Origin: Bacteroidota bacterium
GTDB taxonomy: Bacteria > Bacteroidota > Bacteroidia > Flavobacteriales > Schleiferiaceae
NCBI GenBank assembly: GCA_041192685.1
Contig: JBEEMM010000001.1
Span: 1-37,366, forward strand
Direction of reading: 5' to 3'
Length of the DNA stretch: 37,366 nucleotides
Shown piece by piece: positions 17,346 to 25,156 of the stretch. The notes under the pieces are model-generated. The model saw nothing but the letters and a program-made list of their open reading frames with translations, did no database searches and was not told where the DNA came from. The position numbers and the translations under genes are program-made. Numbering within the stretch: position 1 is the first letter of the stretch; each line of letters opens with the position of its first letter.

Positions 17346-17534
17346 ATGGAAACTATTGGAACCGGACACTGGATTTTTGCTGGACTTTTTGCCCTACTTT
17401 TTTTGGGTTACTTGGTTTGGAGCTACCGTGTTGATCGACCAACCCATGAATTGCACTACCGTGGAGCCTACCGCTACCTTTTAAGTATTTTTGTACTGCT
17501 CATGGTAATTTATATTTTCAAACGTTTACTCTAA
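17346..17534 (+). CDS. Small two-TM membrane protein, unknown function
   Basis: 62 aa with two hydrophobic helices (WIFAGLFALLFLGYLVW and LLSIFVLLMVIYIF). ATG start, 4-nt gap to the next gene. Confidence 0.5.
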   Translation: METIGTGHWIFAGLFALLFLGYLVWSYRVDRPTHELHYRGAYRYLLSIFVLLMVIYIFKRLL

Positions 17535-17538
17535 AAGC

Positions 17539-18048
17539 ATGCGATTTACCCCCTTTGTAGCCCTTGTGCTCGCCGCCGCGAGTCGGTTCCTTCTCATCCC
17601 CAACGGTTCTGCCCTACTTGCCGCCAATACCCTGAGCGGAACCTGGTTTCGCAAGCCTTGGATGCAGATGCTGCTGCCCTTAGCCTTGCTGTACGCCACG
17701 GATTTGGTGCTTAACAATACCGTTTATTCCGCATACCAAGAGGGCTTTACCTGGGGCTTTGCCGACAGCCTCGGAGTTTATGCTGCGCACTTGGCCGTAC
17801 TCGCCTATGCCCAGCTTGCTAAACCCAAGGCCGATGGACTTGCATGGATCGGGCACAGTGCCGCCAGCAACCTCATCTTTTTTGGTCTGAGTAATCTTGC
17901 CGTTTGGTACGCAGGCCATGGAGCCTCCTTAGGACTAATTTACCTAGCTGGCCTCCCCTTTTTGGGTATTTCGTTTGGAGCTACGACCCTATGGGGATAC
18001 GCTATTGGATTCGCGATGGAGCGTGTCGAGCGCAGGGTAAACGCATAA
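17539..18048 (+). CDS. Polytopic membrane protein resembling the DUF6580 putative-transporter family
   Basis: 169 aa with about 5-6 TM segments. The N-terminal R-F-L-L-I-P-N-G-S-A-L-L-A resembles the R..P..PNFsP motif I recall for DUF6580. No cysteine present. Confidence 0.6.
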   Translation: MRFTPFVALVLAAASRFLLIPNGSALLAANTLSGTWFRKPWMQMLLPLALLYATDLVLNNTVYSAYQEGFTWGFADSLGVYAAHLAVLAYAQLAKPKADGLAWIGHSAASNLIFFGLSNLAVWYAGHGASLGLIYLAGLPFLGISFGATTLWGYAIGFAMERVERRVNA

Positions 18049-18057
18049 ACCAGTTTT

Positions 18058-18112
18058 TAGTTACTGGCTTCTGGTTACTAGCATCCAGTTACTAGCAACC
18101 AGTAACTAGTTG
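18058..18112. repeat. Tandem 14-nt repeats (x3) nested in a 10-bp inverted repeat, core GTTACT/AGTAAC
   Basis: Units are ctggttactagcat (18071-18084), ccagttactagcaa (18085-18098) and ccagtaactagttg (18099-18112). tagttactgg (18058-18067) is the exact reverse complement of ccagtaacta (18099-18108). Confidence 0.7.
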
Positions 18113-18117
18113 CACAC

Positions 18118-18146
18118 AAAAAACCCGGGTTAAGCCCCGGTTTTTT
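18118..18146. terminator. Bidirectional intrinsic terminator between convergent genes
   Basis: aaaaaaCCCGGGttaagCCCCGGtttttt is a GC stem flanked by an A-run and a T-run, so it is usable from both strands. Confidence 0.75.
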
Positions 18147-18150
18147 GCGT

Positions 18151-19182
18151 TTATGGCATCCAGACCGCTGCGGTCGGAACGACTCCGGCCTCCGCACTTG
18201 AAATCAATTGGCCCGCGAAGCTGTACCGTCGCACCTCGCCATTTTGCTGAAAATCCTTAGCATCCAAAACATAGACATCCCTCGTGGCAGGGTCCACGTA
18301 GAGTCCGTAGGCTCCACCGTCAATCCAAGGGTATGCGGGGTAGTCCAAGGCCGTAGGATCCATTCTCATCACGTCGCCGGTGTAGCCGTCGCGAATCCAG
18401 TACAAAATTTGACCGTCGGTCTGCAGCCTCGTGGGTCGGTCAGAAATGCCTACCGCCGGGTAGTTGGCGGTCACCGCGCGGGTCGTTGCGTCAATCCGCA
18501 CCAAAGAAGCGGCTCGGTCCCCTCCTGCCCCACTGTAGTCGGTATAGCCCGAGCAGAGCACATAGATGCTGTTGCCCATGCGGACCATTGAGGTGGGATT
18601 GATTCCAACAGGAACCGTAGCGATTAAGTCGAAGGTCGACGCATCGATTATGGCTACCGTGCTGTCGATTCCGTAGCCTCCGCTGCAGCTTACCCAGAGC
18701 TCGTTTTGGTAGGCAATAAGAGCCTCTGGGCCCGTCGCTGCATCTACCGAGTCCACAATGGCAAGGCTGGATTTACCCACTCGATAGACCCGGTTTCGGC
18801 CCCAATCGCTTACTGCAATGTCTCCATTTTGAAGAACCATTGCATGACGGGGTGAGCCAAAGCCCGTGGTTCGGCCAATGGAGACCAGGCCGGGGTACTC
18901 CATGACTTCAAGCGAAGCGGCTCCGCTTAAAACCGCATAAATCCTGTTGCCGTCTGCCCGAAGTCCATTGCCCAAATTCCCTAGATTCCTTGCGTTTGCG
19001 GCAAAGAACGCGTCGGGCGTAATGCTGTCTTGGTCCGACCAATGCGTCAGGGTTGCGGTTCCGCCCATAAAGGCACCCTCGTTGAGAATGTAAAGACCCG
19101 TTTGAAAGGAGTTTGCGGATTTATTGGGCTCGCAGGACCAAAGAGCAAGTGCGGAACCGATTAGTAGTAAGCTAGTTTTCAT
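18151..19182 (-). CDS. Surface lipoprotein, YncE/DUF5074-like beta-propeller (BtuG-like candidate)
   Basis: 343 aa. Lipoprotein signal MKTSLLLIGSALALWSC, an LYILNEGAF motif and repeated propeller-blade-like segments. It lies immediately downstream of the riboswitch-controlled TonB-dependent receptor. Confidence 0.7.
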   Translation of the reverse strand: MKTSLLLIGSALALWSCEPNKSANSFQTGLYILNEGAFMGGTATLTHWSDQDSITPDAFFAANARNLGNLGNGLRADGNRIYAVLSGAASLEVMEYPGLVSIGRTTGFGSPRHAMVLQNGDIAVSDWGRNRVYRVGKSSLAIVDSVDAATGPEALIAYQNELWVSCSGGYGIDSTVAIIDASTFDLIATVPVGINPTSMVRMGNSIYVLCSGYTDYSGAGGDRAASLVRIDATTRAVTANYPAVGISDRPTRLQTDGQILYWIRDGYTGDVMRMDPTALDYPAYPWIDGGAYGLYVDPATRDVYVLDAKDFQQNGEVRRYSFAGQLISSAEAGVVPTAAVWMP

Positions 19183-19218
19183 AGTTTTTTTGATTGAATG
19201 AATTGGTTGAATTGTGAA

Positions 19219-20985
19219 TTACTGGGCAATGCCGGTTAAGAAACAGTGCCAGGTCAGGCTCAACTGACGGCCCGGTAAGGGGTAGCCAAGCTGAAGGTAA
19301 ATTGGCTGGTTGGTTGCGTTGGTAAGGGCGAATTCCACTGAGGACTTTGGTCCTTGCCAGCGCAGGCTCGCATCAAGCTGGAACTGAGGGGCGATCCAGG
19401 TATCTCGACTGGTACTCCATGCCGTCGGGGTGGCTGACCTAAGGCGATTGAATACCTCAAACTCCCACTTCTTGTGCTGGTACCTAATCGGAATATTAAG
19501 GGTGAACGGAGCCACATAGGGCATTCGCAATCCGAAATTATTGATGCTGTATACCCATTGCGCAGCAATTTGGCTCTGCCATGGCCCCCTTTGCCAGGTG
19601 CTGTTAACATTCATTCCAATGCGGCGAAGGGATTCCACGTTTTGTGGCATCCAAACAGACCCTGTCGGTATCCAAAAAATGGCGTCTCGAAGAATCCCTG
19701 CGTAGGCCTCCACAGACCCCATACTAATGCTTGCTTTTGCGCGGGATTCCCAACCACGTTCTGGCCTGAGCTCTGGATTACCCCCGGGCGACCAAAAGAG
19801 ATCGTTCAGGGTGGGGAATCGCTGGTGCCGGTGCAGTTTTACATTCCAAGATGCCTTTTGACCCAGACCCTTGTGGTTAAGCTCAGCAAAGGGCAGCAGG
19901 GTTCCCAGCTCGTCGCCCTGGCGAAGTTGGCTTAAGCCCCATGAATACCGAAGCGTGGGTGCTACAATGCCCTCTCCGCGAAGCATTAATTGAAGCCTTA
20001 AAACACTTGCCGGGGATTTATTGGGGCCTTCGGCCATAAGCCGATCCACGTCGAGCGAGCTTCGAAGCCTATGGCCTGAACGTTGGTAGCCCGATTGAAT
20101 TCGAATACCAAGGGTCTGTACCCTATTGCTGTCTTGAATCCCACCCAACAAAGGGTAGTCGTAGGTCTGGTTTGCTAGAACCGCGTGCTGCGTACTGCTC
20201 CATTCCCAACGAGGGGAGTTCCATTCCTGCCGTTGAATTACCGTAGCGCGCAAATCCTGCTGCACTGCACCCAAACGCCGCGGCACATTGGCGGACTCTG
20301 GCAAGCCCTGCTTCAGCCAAACTGCGTAAAAATGAGTGGACTGCTTAATCTGCCCGATTGAGGACCGCAGGGAACTGCTAAACTCCAAGCGCTCGGTGCC
20401 GGCCCCCGTGCGCCAGTAGCGGTCGCCCAAGAAGTCACGGTAGCGGTAGCGATTGAGTCCGCGCCGAGCCGACAGTCCGAAATCTGCCGTTTTGCCCGGA
20501 ATCCAAAGGTTTAAGCCGGCATTACCCAGGGTCGATGATTCCAGAGAGAGGGACCCAATGCTGTCGCTGCTTAAACGGAGTCCGTCTGCGCTGCGCTGCA
20601 TGCTAAGCCCGGCGCTCGGCAGAAGCTGCAGATCCATTATACCCAAATCAGCGGCAGATAAAGCCATTCCCTCCCACTGAATCCAGGTATGGTTCGAGGG
20701 GAGTCCGTCCAAAGAAATCCAGGCACTGCCCGAAGGAGCAGTCTGGCGAAGGTCGATTCCAGAACGCAGCAAAGCCGAAGCCGACCAACCCATGGGTTTG
20801 GAGGGAATTTGAACGCTTGGCTTGGCCCCAGTTTGCCAGCGCCCGCCCAAAACAGACACTTCAGGCAGCAATGAACTAGTGAGGCTGTCGCTCCAAGGAG
20901 CAGCCTGAGCACCGAGGGGTGCGCCGTATAGGGTTATCGCTAAAAGCCACGCAGCCTTAAGGCCACGCTGGGAGCATAGGTTCAT
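19219..20985 (-). CDS. btuB: TonB-dependent outer-membrane receptor, BtuB-like (cobalamin)
   Basis: Start moved from 21141 to ATG 20985 (MNLCSQRGLKAAWLLAITLYGAPLGAQA signal peptide). The remaining 588 aa is BtuB-sized with plug and barrel. A cobalamin riboswitch lies directly upstream. Confidence 0.85.
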   Translation of the reverse strand: MNLCSQRGLKAAWLLAITLYGAPLGAQAAPWSDSLTSSLLPEVSVLGGRWQTGAKPSVQIPSKPMGWSASALLRSGIDLRQTAPSGSAWISLDGLPSNHTWIQWEGMALSAADLGIMDLQLLPSAGLSMQRSADGLRLSSDSIGSLSLESSTLGNAGLNLWIPGKTADFGLSARRGLNRYRYRDFLGDRYWRTGAGTERLEFSSSLRSSIGQIKQSTHFYAVWLKQGLPESANVPRRLGAVQQDLRATVIQRQEWNSPRWEWSSTQHAVLANQTYDYPLLGGIQDSNRVQTLGIRIQSGYQRSGHRLRSSLDVDRLMAEGPNKSPASVLRLQLMLRGEGIVAPTLRYSWGLSQLRQGDELGTLLPFAELNHKGLGQKASWNVKLHRHQRFPTLNDLFWSPGGNPELRPERGWESRAKASISMGSVEAYAGILRDAIFWIPTGSVWMPQNVESLRRIGMNVNSTWQRGPWQSQIAAQWVYSINNFGLRMPYVAPFTLNIPIRYQHKKWEFEVFNRLRSATPTAWSTSRDTWIAPQFQLDASLRWQGPKSSVEFALTNATNQPIYLQLGYPLPGRQLSLTWHCFLTGIAQ

Positions 20986-21022
20986 CTTCAGGCTGCACTC
21001 TTCCCGGCGCAATCGGATTATG

Positions 21023-21196
21023 GTTCGAGGCAGGTCTTCTGGCTCATTCCCTCGTGCGCCCCCTTCCCGGTTTCCCAGTGGGTATCTGCGGCGCAGAGTT
21101 GGATGGAATTTACAGCTGCGGGCACAGCTCCGGTATTGCACCGGATTCCCTTTTCAGCAAGCGTCCTAAGTCGATCTCAGGGCTTGCACCACGAAC
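21023..21196 (-). promoter_or_regulatory. Cobalamin (B12) riboswitch
   Basis: Minus strand reads GUUCGUGGUGC...AAAAGGGAAUCCGGUGCAAUACCGGAGCUGUGCCCGCAGCUGUAA...CACUGGGAAACCGGGAAGG...GAGCCAGAAGACCUGCCUCGAAC. This matches the conserved core and B12 box (compare E. coli btuB AAUAGGGAAUCCAGUGCGAAUCUGGAGCUGACGCGCAGCGGUAA ... GCCCGAAGACCUGCC). The P1 stem is GUUCGUGG/CCUCGAAC. Confidence 0.92.
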
Positions 21197-21199
21197 ACA

Positions 21200-22069
21200 T
21201 TAAAGGTAGTTGAAAAATTCCCTCGCAGCATTGTGCGCGCTCTCAAGAGCCAGGGGTTTTATGCCGAAGGTGGCCCCTCGAGCGTTCGCAAAAGTCAGCA
21301 AAGCCTCGGTGGGTAAATTGCCCACCAGTTCATTTTGGGCATAGGGGCATCCGCCCAGGCCAAGCAGCGCGGTATCAAAACGCCTAATGCCCGAATCCCA
21401 TGCCGCATCCAAAAGTCCGTTGCTTAGGGCATTAGCGGCAGGCATATGCAGGTGCAGTCCCAATTCCGCAGTTCCCGCCTCCTTGCGCACCGAGGATACT
21501 ACCGAGCGAATTCCCTCAGGGTTTGCATTGCCCACGGTATCGCTGATTGAGAGCACATGAGGATTAAATCGCTTCACCACCCTTGCGGTCCACTCGGCCA
21601 CCAAGTCAATGCTGTGGGCCTCGCCGTAGGGATTCCCAAAGGCCATAGAGAGGTAAACCACCAGCTGCTTGTTGCCCGCGTGCAGGCGATCCATTGAGGC
21701 GGACCAATCGTCTAAGGCCTGCTCCTGGCTGCGCTTGGTATTGCGAATTTGAAACTGCTCGCTCAATGAAAAGGGAACGCCAACGGCGTCTACGGCCTCG
21801 TGAGCCAATGCAGCATCGATTCCCTGGCTGTTCGCCGCAATAACCAAAAACTTATTGCGGCCCTTGTCGGGAGTCAATGCGTCAAGTACTTGAACCGAAT
21901 CAACCATTTGCGGAATTGCCTTGGGCGAAACAAAGCTCGCCAGGTCGAGGCAGTCAAACCCCACGGCCATGAGTCGGCGGAGGTAGGCAATTTTGTCTTC
22001 GGTGCGAAACACCGTAGCATAGCCCTGCATGGCGTCCCGCGGACATTCGATCCAGGTTATTGCTTCCAT
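21200..22069 (-). CDS. Hydroxymethylglutaryl-CoA lyase
   Basis: 289 aa. The IECPRDAMQG N-terminal motif and TIM-barrel HMGL-like sequence extend through the C-terminal GLGGCPYA. Confidence 0.92.
   Translation of the reverse strand: MEAITWIECPRDAMQGYATVFRTEDKIAYLRRLMAVGFDCLDLASFVSPKAIPQMVDSVQVLDALTPDKGRNKFLVIAANSQGIDAALAHEAVDAVGVPFSLSEQFQIRNTKRSQEQALDDWSASMDRLHAGNKQLVVYLSMAFGNPYGEAHSIDLVAEWTARVVKRFNPHVLSISDTVGNANPEGIRSVVSSVRKEAGTAELGLHLHMPAANALSNGLLDAAWDSGIRRFDTALLGLGGCPYAQNELVGNLPTEALLTFANARGATFGIKPLALESAHNAAREFFNYL
21201..21208 (-). promoter_or_regulatory. -7 box variant TACCTTTA, 4 nt upstream of riboswitch P1
   Basis: Minus strand reads TACCTTTA-atgt-GUUCGUGG(P1). It overlaps the HMG-CoA lyase stop codon. 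Confidence 0.4.
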
Positions 22070-23088
22070 GCCGGCGAAAGTTGGCGAACCATGGCGGGCC
22101 CGGCGTAAACAAATCCTGAGTAAACCTGCACTAAATCCGCGCCGGCATTGAGCTTGTCGGTGACGTCTTGGGCTCGTCGAACTCCTCCAACGCCGACTAC
22201 CGAAGCGCTTTGGCCTACTGCATCGCGCACCCAGCCTACCACCTCGGTGGATCGCTTGGCAATTGGCGCACCACTAAGACCCCCTGCTCCAATGGCTTGA
22301 AGCCGGCCCTCTGGGGTGGCAAGGCCCGAGCGTCCGATGGTGGTATTGGTCGCAATAATGCCCTGAACCCCACACTCCACGGCAAGAACAGCCGTGCGTT
22401 GAACGTGGTCCTTGTCGGAGTCTGGGTCAATTTTAAGGGCCACGGGCTTGCCGCCCAAGCGCTTAGCTTCAGTGCAGACGGCGTGCAAGAGCTCCCGCAT
22501 GCTGCTGGCTGACTGCAAATCCCTCAGGCCAGGCGTATTGGGAGACGATACGTTGACGGCGATGTAGTCCACCTCGGCGTATAGGGCGTTTAGGGCCGCG
22601 AGGTAGTCTTGAATTGCGCCTTCGTTAGGGGTGGATTTATTGCGGCCGATGTTTCCTCCGACAATGATGCTCTGGTGCCTAGAACTGCGAATTCGTGCTG
22701 CGGCAGCTTCTGCACCCCCGTTGTTGAAGCCCATGCGGTTGATGAGGGCCTCGTCTTCGGGCAGGCGAAACATGCGAGGTTGTGGGTTGCCTGGCTGGGG
22801 CCGCGGAGTCACCGTGCCGATTTCGAGATGGCTGAACCCGAGAGCCTCCCATGCTCTAATCGCTACTGCGTTCTTGTCCATTCCCGCGGCAAGTCCTAAC
22901 GGATGCCGAAATTCTAAGCCCATGGCCTTAACTGGCGCCGAAGGAATGCTGCCCAAAGCGGCGCGGAGTGCCGCCGATGCCAATGCACTGTTGGAGGCAA
23001 ACTGGAGTCCGCCCATGACAAGATCGTGCGCCTGCTCGGGAGCGAGCAGTTTGAATAAGAGGGGGCGCAGCAGAGCAGAATAAAGCAT
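22057..23088 (-). CDS. pyrD: Dihydroorotate dehydrogenase (quinone), class 2
   Basis: 343 aa. Motifs GLAAGMDKN, EIGTVTP, GFNN and GGVxxxxD. The 3' end overlaps the lyase start by 13 nt. Confidence 0.96.
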   Translation of the reverse strand: MLYSALLRPLLFKLLAPEQAHDLVMGGLQFASNSALASAALRAALGSIPSAPVKAMGLEFRHPLGLAAGMDKNAVAIRAWEALGFSHLEIGTVTPRPQPGNPQPRMFRLPEDEALINRMGFNNGGAEAAAARIRSSRHQSIIVGGNIGRNKSTPNEGAIQDYLAALNALYAEVDYIAVNVSSPNTPGLRDLQSASSMRELLHAVCTEAKRLGGKPVALKIDPDSDKDHVQRTAVLAVECGVQGIIATNTTIGRSGLATPEGRLQAIGAGGLSGAPIAKRSTEVVGWVRDAVGQSASVVGVGGVRRAQDVTDKLNAGADLVQVYSGFVYAGPAMVRQLSPAWKQ

Positions 23089-23096
23089 GGAGCCTT

Positions 23097-23104
23097 CAAA
23101 GGTA
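23097..23104 (-). promoter_or_regulatory. -7 promoter box TACCTTTG, 8 nt upstream of pyrD ATG
   Basis: Minus strand reads TACCTTTG-aaggctcc-ATG, an exact match. Confidence 0.5.
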
Positions 23105-23114
23105 GCGCCGGGGT

Positions 23115-23122
23115 TAGATTTG
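23115..23122 (+). promoter_or_regulatory. -7 promoter box TAGATTTG, 4 nt upstream of smpB ATG
   Basis: Plus strand reads TAGATTTG-cagt-ATG, an exact match. Confidence 0.55.
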
Positions 23123-23126
23123 CAGT

Positions 23127-23564
23127 ATGAATCCGGTCATTGTTAACAGACGGGCGCGCTTCGAATACGTTCTTGAGGAAGAGTTCACTGCCGGTTTGAT
23201 GCTGGCGGGAACCGAAGTCAAGGCCCTTCGAGACGGCAAGGCCAATCTGAGCGATGCCTACGCCTATGTTTCGGAGGCCGGCGAGGTTTGGATTAAAAAC
23301 CTTCACATTTCGGAATTTAAGTTCGGAACCTATGCCAACCACGCACCACTGCGCGAGCGCAAATTGCTTCTAAAGAAAAACGAGCTAAAAAAGATTCGCA
23401 AAGAATTGCAAAACAATGGATTAACCCTGATCCCATTAAAGTTATACTTCACGCCTAGAGGCTGGGCAAAACTCGATATAGCCCTGGCGCGAGGCAAGAA
23501 ATTCTACGACAAAAGAGCCACCCTGAAAGAGCGCGACATCGATCGCGATGCGGCGCGCGAGTAG
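23127..23564 (+). CDS. smpB: SsrA-binding protein SmpB
   Basis: 145 aa. NRRARFEY...GTEVKALR...HISEF...RKLLL motifs. Confidence 0.96.
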   Translation: MNPVIVNRRARFEYVLEEEFTAGLMLAGTEVKALRDGKANLSDAYAYVSEAGEVWIKNLHISEFKFGTYANHAPLRERKLLLKKNELKKIRKELQNNGLTLIPLKLYFTPRGWAKLDIALARGKKFYDKRATLKERDIDRDAARE

Positions 23565-24224
23565 CTATCGAGCCGACGAAACGTCCTTGAGCATCGGCAC
23601 AAAGCGAAAGCTACCAAGGTCCTCATGAAGCCATTCGCCGTCTTTGCCCCGACGCACTTTGAGCATGCGCTGCTCGGCCTCTACGGCTCCTATAGGCACA
23701 ATCAGCACGCCAGTTGGGCTTAATTGGTCGAGTAGTTCCTCAGGGAGCGCAGGTGCGGCGGCGGTAATTATAATGCCGTCAAAGGGAGCAAATGCAGGCA
23801 AACCCTTATAGCCGTCGCCAAACTTTTGATTCATGCGCGTGTAGCCAAGTTCCGCAAGCAATCGTTTGCTGAAGTCAAAAAGGGCCTTTTGGCGTTCAAT
23901 CGTATAGACTCGATAGCCTAATTCTTCCAACACAGCCGCCTGGTAGCCTGATCCGGTGCCAATCTCCAGAACCTTGGCTCCCGCCGAGAGCCCCAGGGCA
24001 TTGGACTGAAATGCAACGGTATAGGGCTGTGAAATAGTTTGGCCTGAAGCAATGGGGAAGGCCACATCTTGGTAGGCAAACTCCTCAAAGGAACTCTCTA
24101 GGAATGCATGCCTGGGGACCCGTCCCATCGCCGCAAGAACCGTCTCGTTGTCAATACCCTTGCTCCGCAAAATCGCGAGAAGCTGCAGGCGTTGGCCTTG
24201 GTGTTTGGGCAGGTCGGGAGTCAC
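23565..24224 (-). CDS. pcm: Protein-L-isoaspartate O-methyltransferase
   Basis: GQTISQPYTVA and VLEIGTGSGYQAAVL SAM-binding motifs. GTG 24224 is preferred as the start: MTPDLPKHQGQR aligns with typical Pcm N-termini, and it lies 4 nt after a TACTTTCG box. The ORF-track TTG at 24239 is the alternative. Confidence 0.9.
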   Translation of the reverse strand: MTPDLPKHQGQRLQLLAILRSKGIDNETVLAAMGRVPRHAFLESSFEEFAYQDVAFPIASGQTISQPYTVAFQSNALGLSAGAKVLEIGTGSGYQAAVLEELGYRVYTIERQKALFDFSKRLLAELGYTRMNQKFGDGYKGLPAFAPFDGIIITAAAPALPEELLDQLSPTGVLIVPIGAVEAEQRMLKVRRGKDGEWLHEDLGSFRFVPMLKDVSSAR

Positions 24225-24242
24225 GGCCCGAAAGTACAACCG

Positions 24243-24250
24243 TACCTTTG
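24243..24250 (+). promoter_or_regulatory. -7 promoter box TACCTTTG, 6 nt upstream of ATG 24257
   Basis: Plus strand reads TACCTTTG-gggtct-ATG, an exact match. Confidence 0.5.
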
Positions 24251-24256
24251 GGGTCT

Positions 24257-25156
24257 ATGGCCAGCGGTTCTCGAATTATCCACATCTTTTTAGCGGCTTG
24301 CGCCTTGACCTTAGTAGGAACGACTGCAGGCTGCGACCGCAATGAAGCTGCGCCCTATGTACTTCTTGAAATTGACAGCCTTACCCTTGCTCCCGACCCG
24401 GCTCGCGGAACATCCAGTGCCAACATCCGCTCGGTATGGGTGGAGTCTGAAGGGAAGAACTTCGGGGTCTTCCCCCTACCTGCCAAAATCCCTTTGCCAC
24501 TAAACAATCCTGCCTCCAAAGTGCGTATTTATCCGGGCGTAGAGGTAAACGGAATCAGCTCTTTTCAAGCGATTTATGAGTTTTATAAACCCTACGAACG
24601 CGAACTAAACAGCAGCTTCGGCAGTACCGTTAAGTGGCCGCCAATGGGCCCTGCCGTCTTGGAATACGAAACCTGGTCCAAGGTCGTTATTGTAGAGGAT
24701 TTTGAGTCCGCCGGAATTCAGCTCGCGCCAAGCCAGCGCAGCGATACGGTTTGGACCCTTACTTCCGCAGAACGATTCAACCCACCCCTTGGAGAAAGCA
24801 ACAGCGCAAGCGGCATGATCATCCTAAGACCCGGACAGCAGATTTTTGAGGCCATTACGCAGCAGGCCTACGTCTTGCCCCGGAGCGGACAGAATGTCTA
24901 TTTGGAATTCAACTACAAATCCACCATGCCATTCAGCATAGGCGTAGTCGCGAACCAACCCGGCCAGACGACCCAGCAGTCTACGGTCACCTTTCGCGAC
25001 AAATCACTGTGGGCCAAGGCCTACGTGAATTTGGTTACCGAGGTTTCTGGATTCCCGAGCGCCATTGACTACAACCTTTTTGTGGGTGCCGTCCGCACGC
25101 GACCTGATAAGGCCGATACCCTTTGGCTGGACAACCTCAAGCTGGTGTACCGTTGA
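24257..25156 (+). CDS. Hypothetical lipoprotein
   Basis: Start moved from 24104 to ATG 24257 (MASGSRIIHIFLAACALTLVGTTAGC lipobox). The upstream part of the track ORF is antisense to pcm. No family recognised. Confidence 0.65.
   Translation: MASGSRIIHIFLAACALTLVGTTAGCDRNEAAPYVLLEIDSLTLAPDPARGTSSANIRSVWVESEGKNFGVFPLPAKIPLPLNNPASKVRIYPGVEVNGISSFQAIYEFYKPYERELNSSFGSTVKWPPMGPAVLEYETWSKVVIVEDFESAGIQLAPSQRSDTVWTLTSAERFNPPLGESNSASGMIILRPGQQIFEAITQQAYVLPRSGQNVYLEFNYKSTMPFSIGVVANQPGQTTQQSTVTFRDKSLWAKAYVNLVTEVSGFPSAIDYNLFVGAVRTRPDKADTLWLDNLKLVYR

Noticed and set aside
20986-21141. The first 52 codons of the supplied 640-aa ORF (19219-21141).
   Set aside because: The sequence is the cobalamin riboswitch read in frame (Arg/Cys/Gly-rich with no signal peptide). 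The true start is ATG 20985, followed by a signal peptide.
22168-23342. Plus-strand ORFs 22168-22512, 22609-22899 and 22631-23083, and minus-strand ORF 22914-23342.
   Set aside because: The first three are antisense to pyrD. The last runs out of frame through the 5' end of pyrD and antisense to the start of smpB. Both pyrD and smpB are unambiguous, and none of these ORFs shows a domain signature.
23562-23567. TAGCTA, the back-to-back stop codons of smpB and pcm with zero spacer, considered as a possible regulatory palindrome.
   Set aside because: It is fully explained by two abutting convergent stop codons, and no flanking stem or additional symmetry is present.
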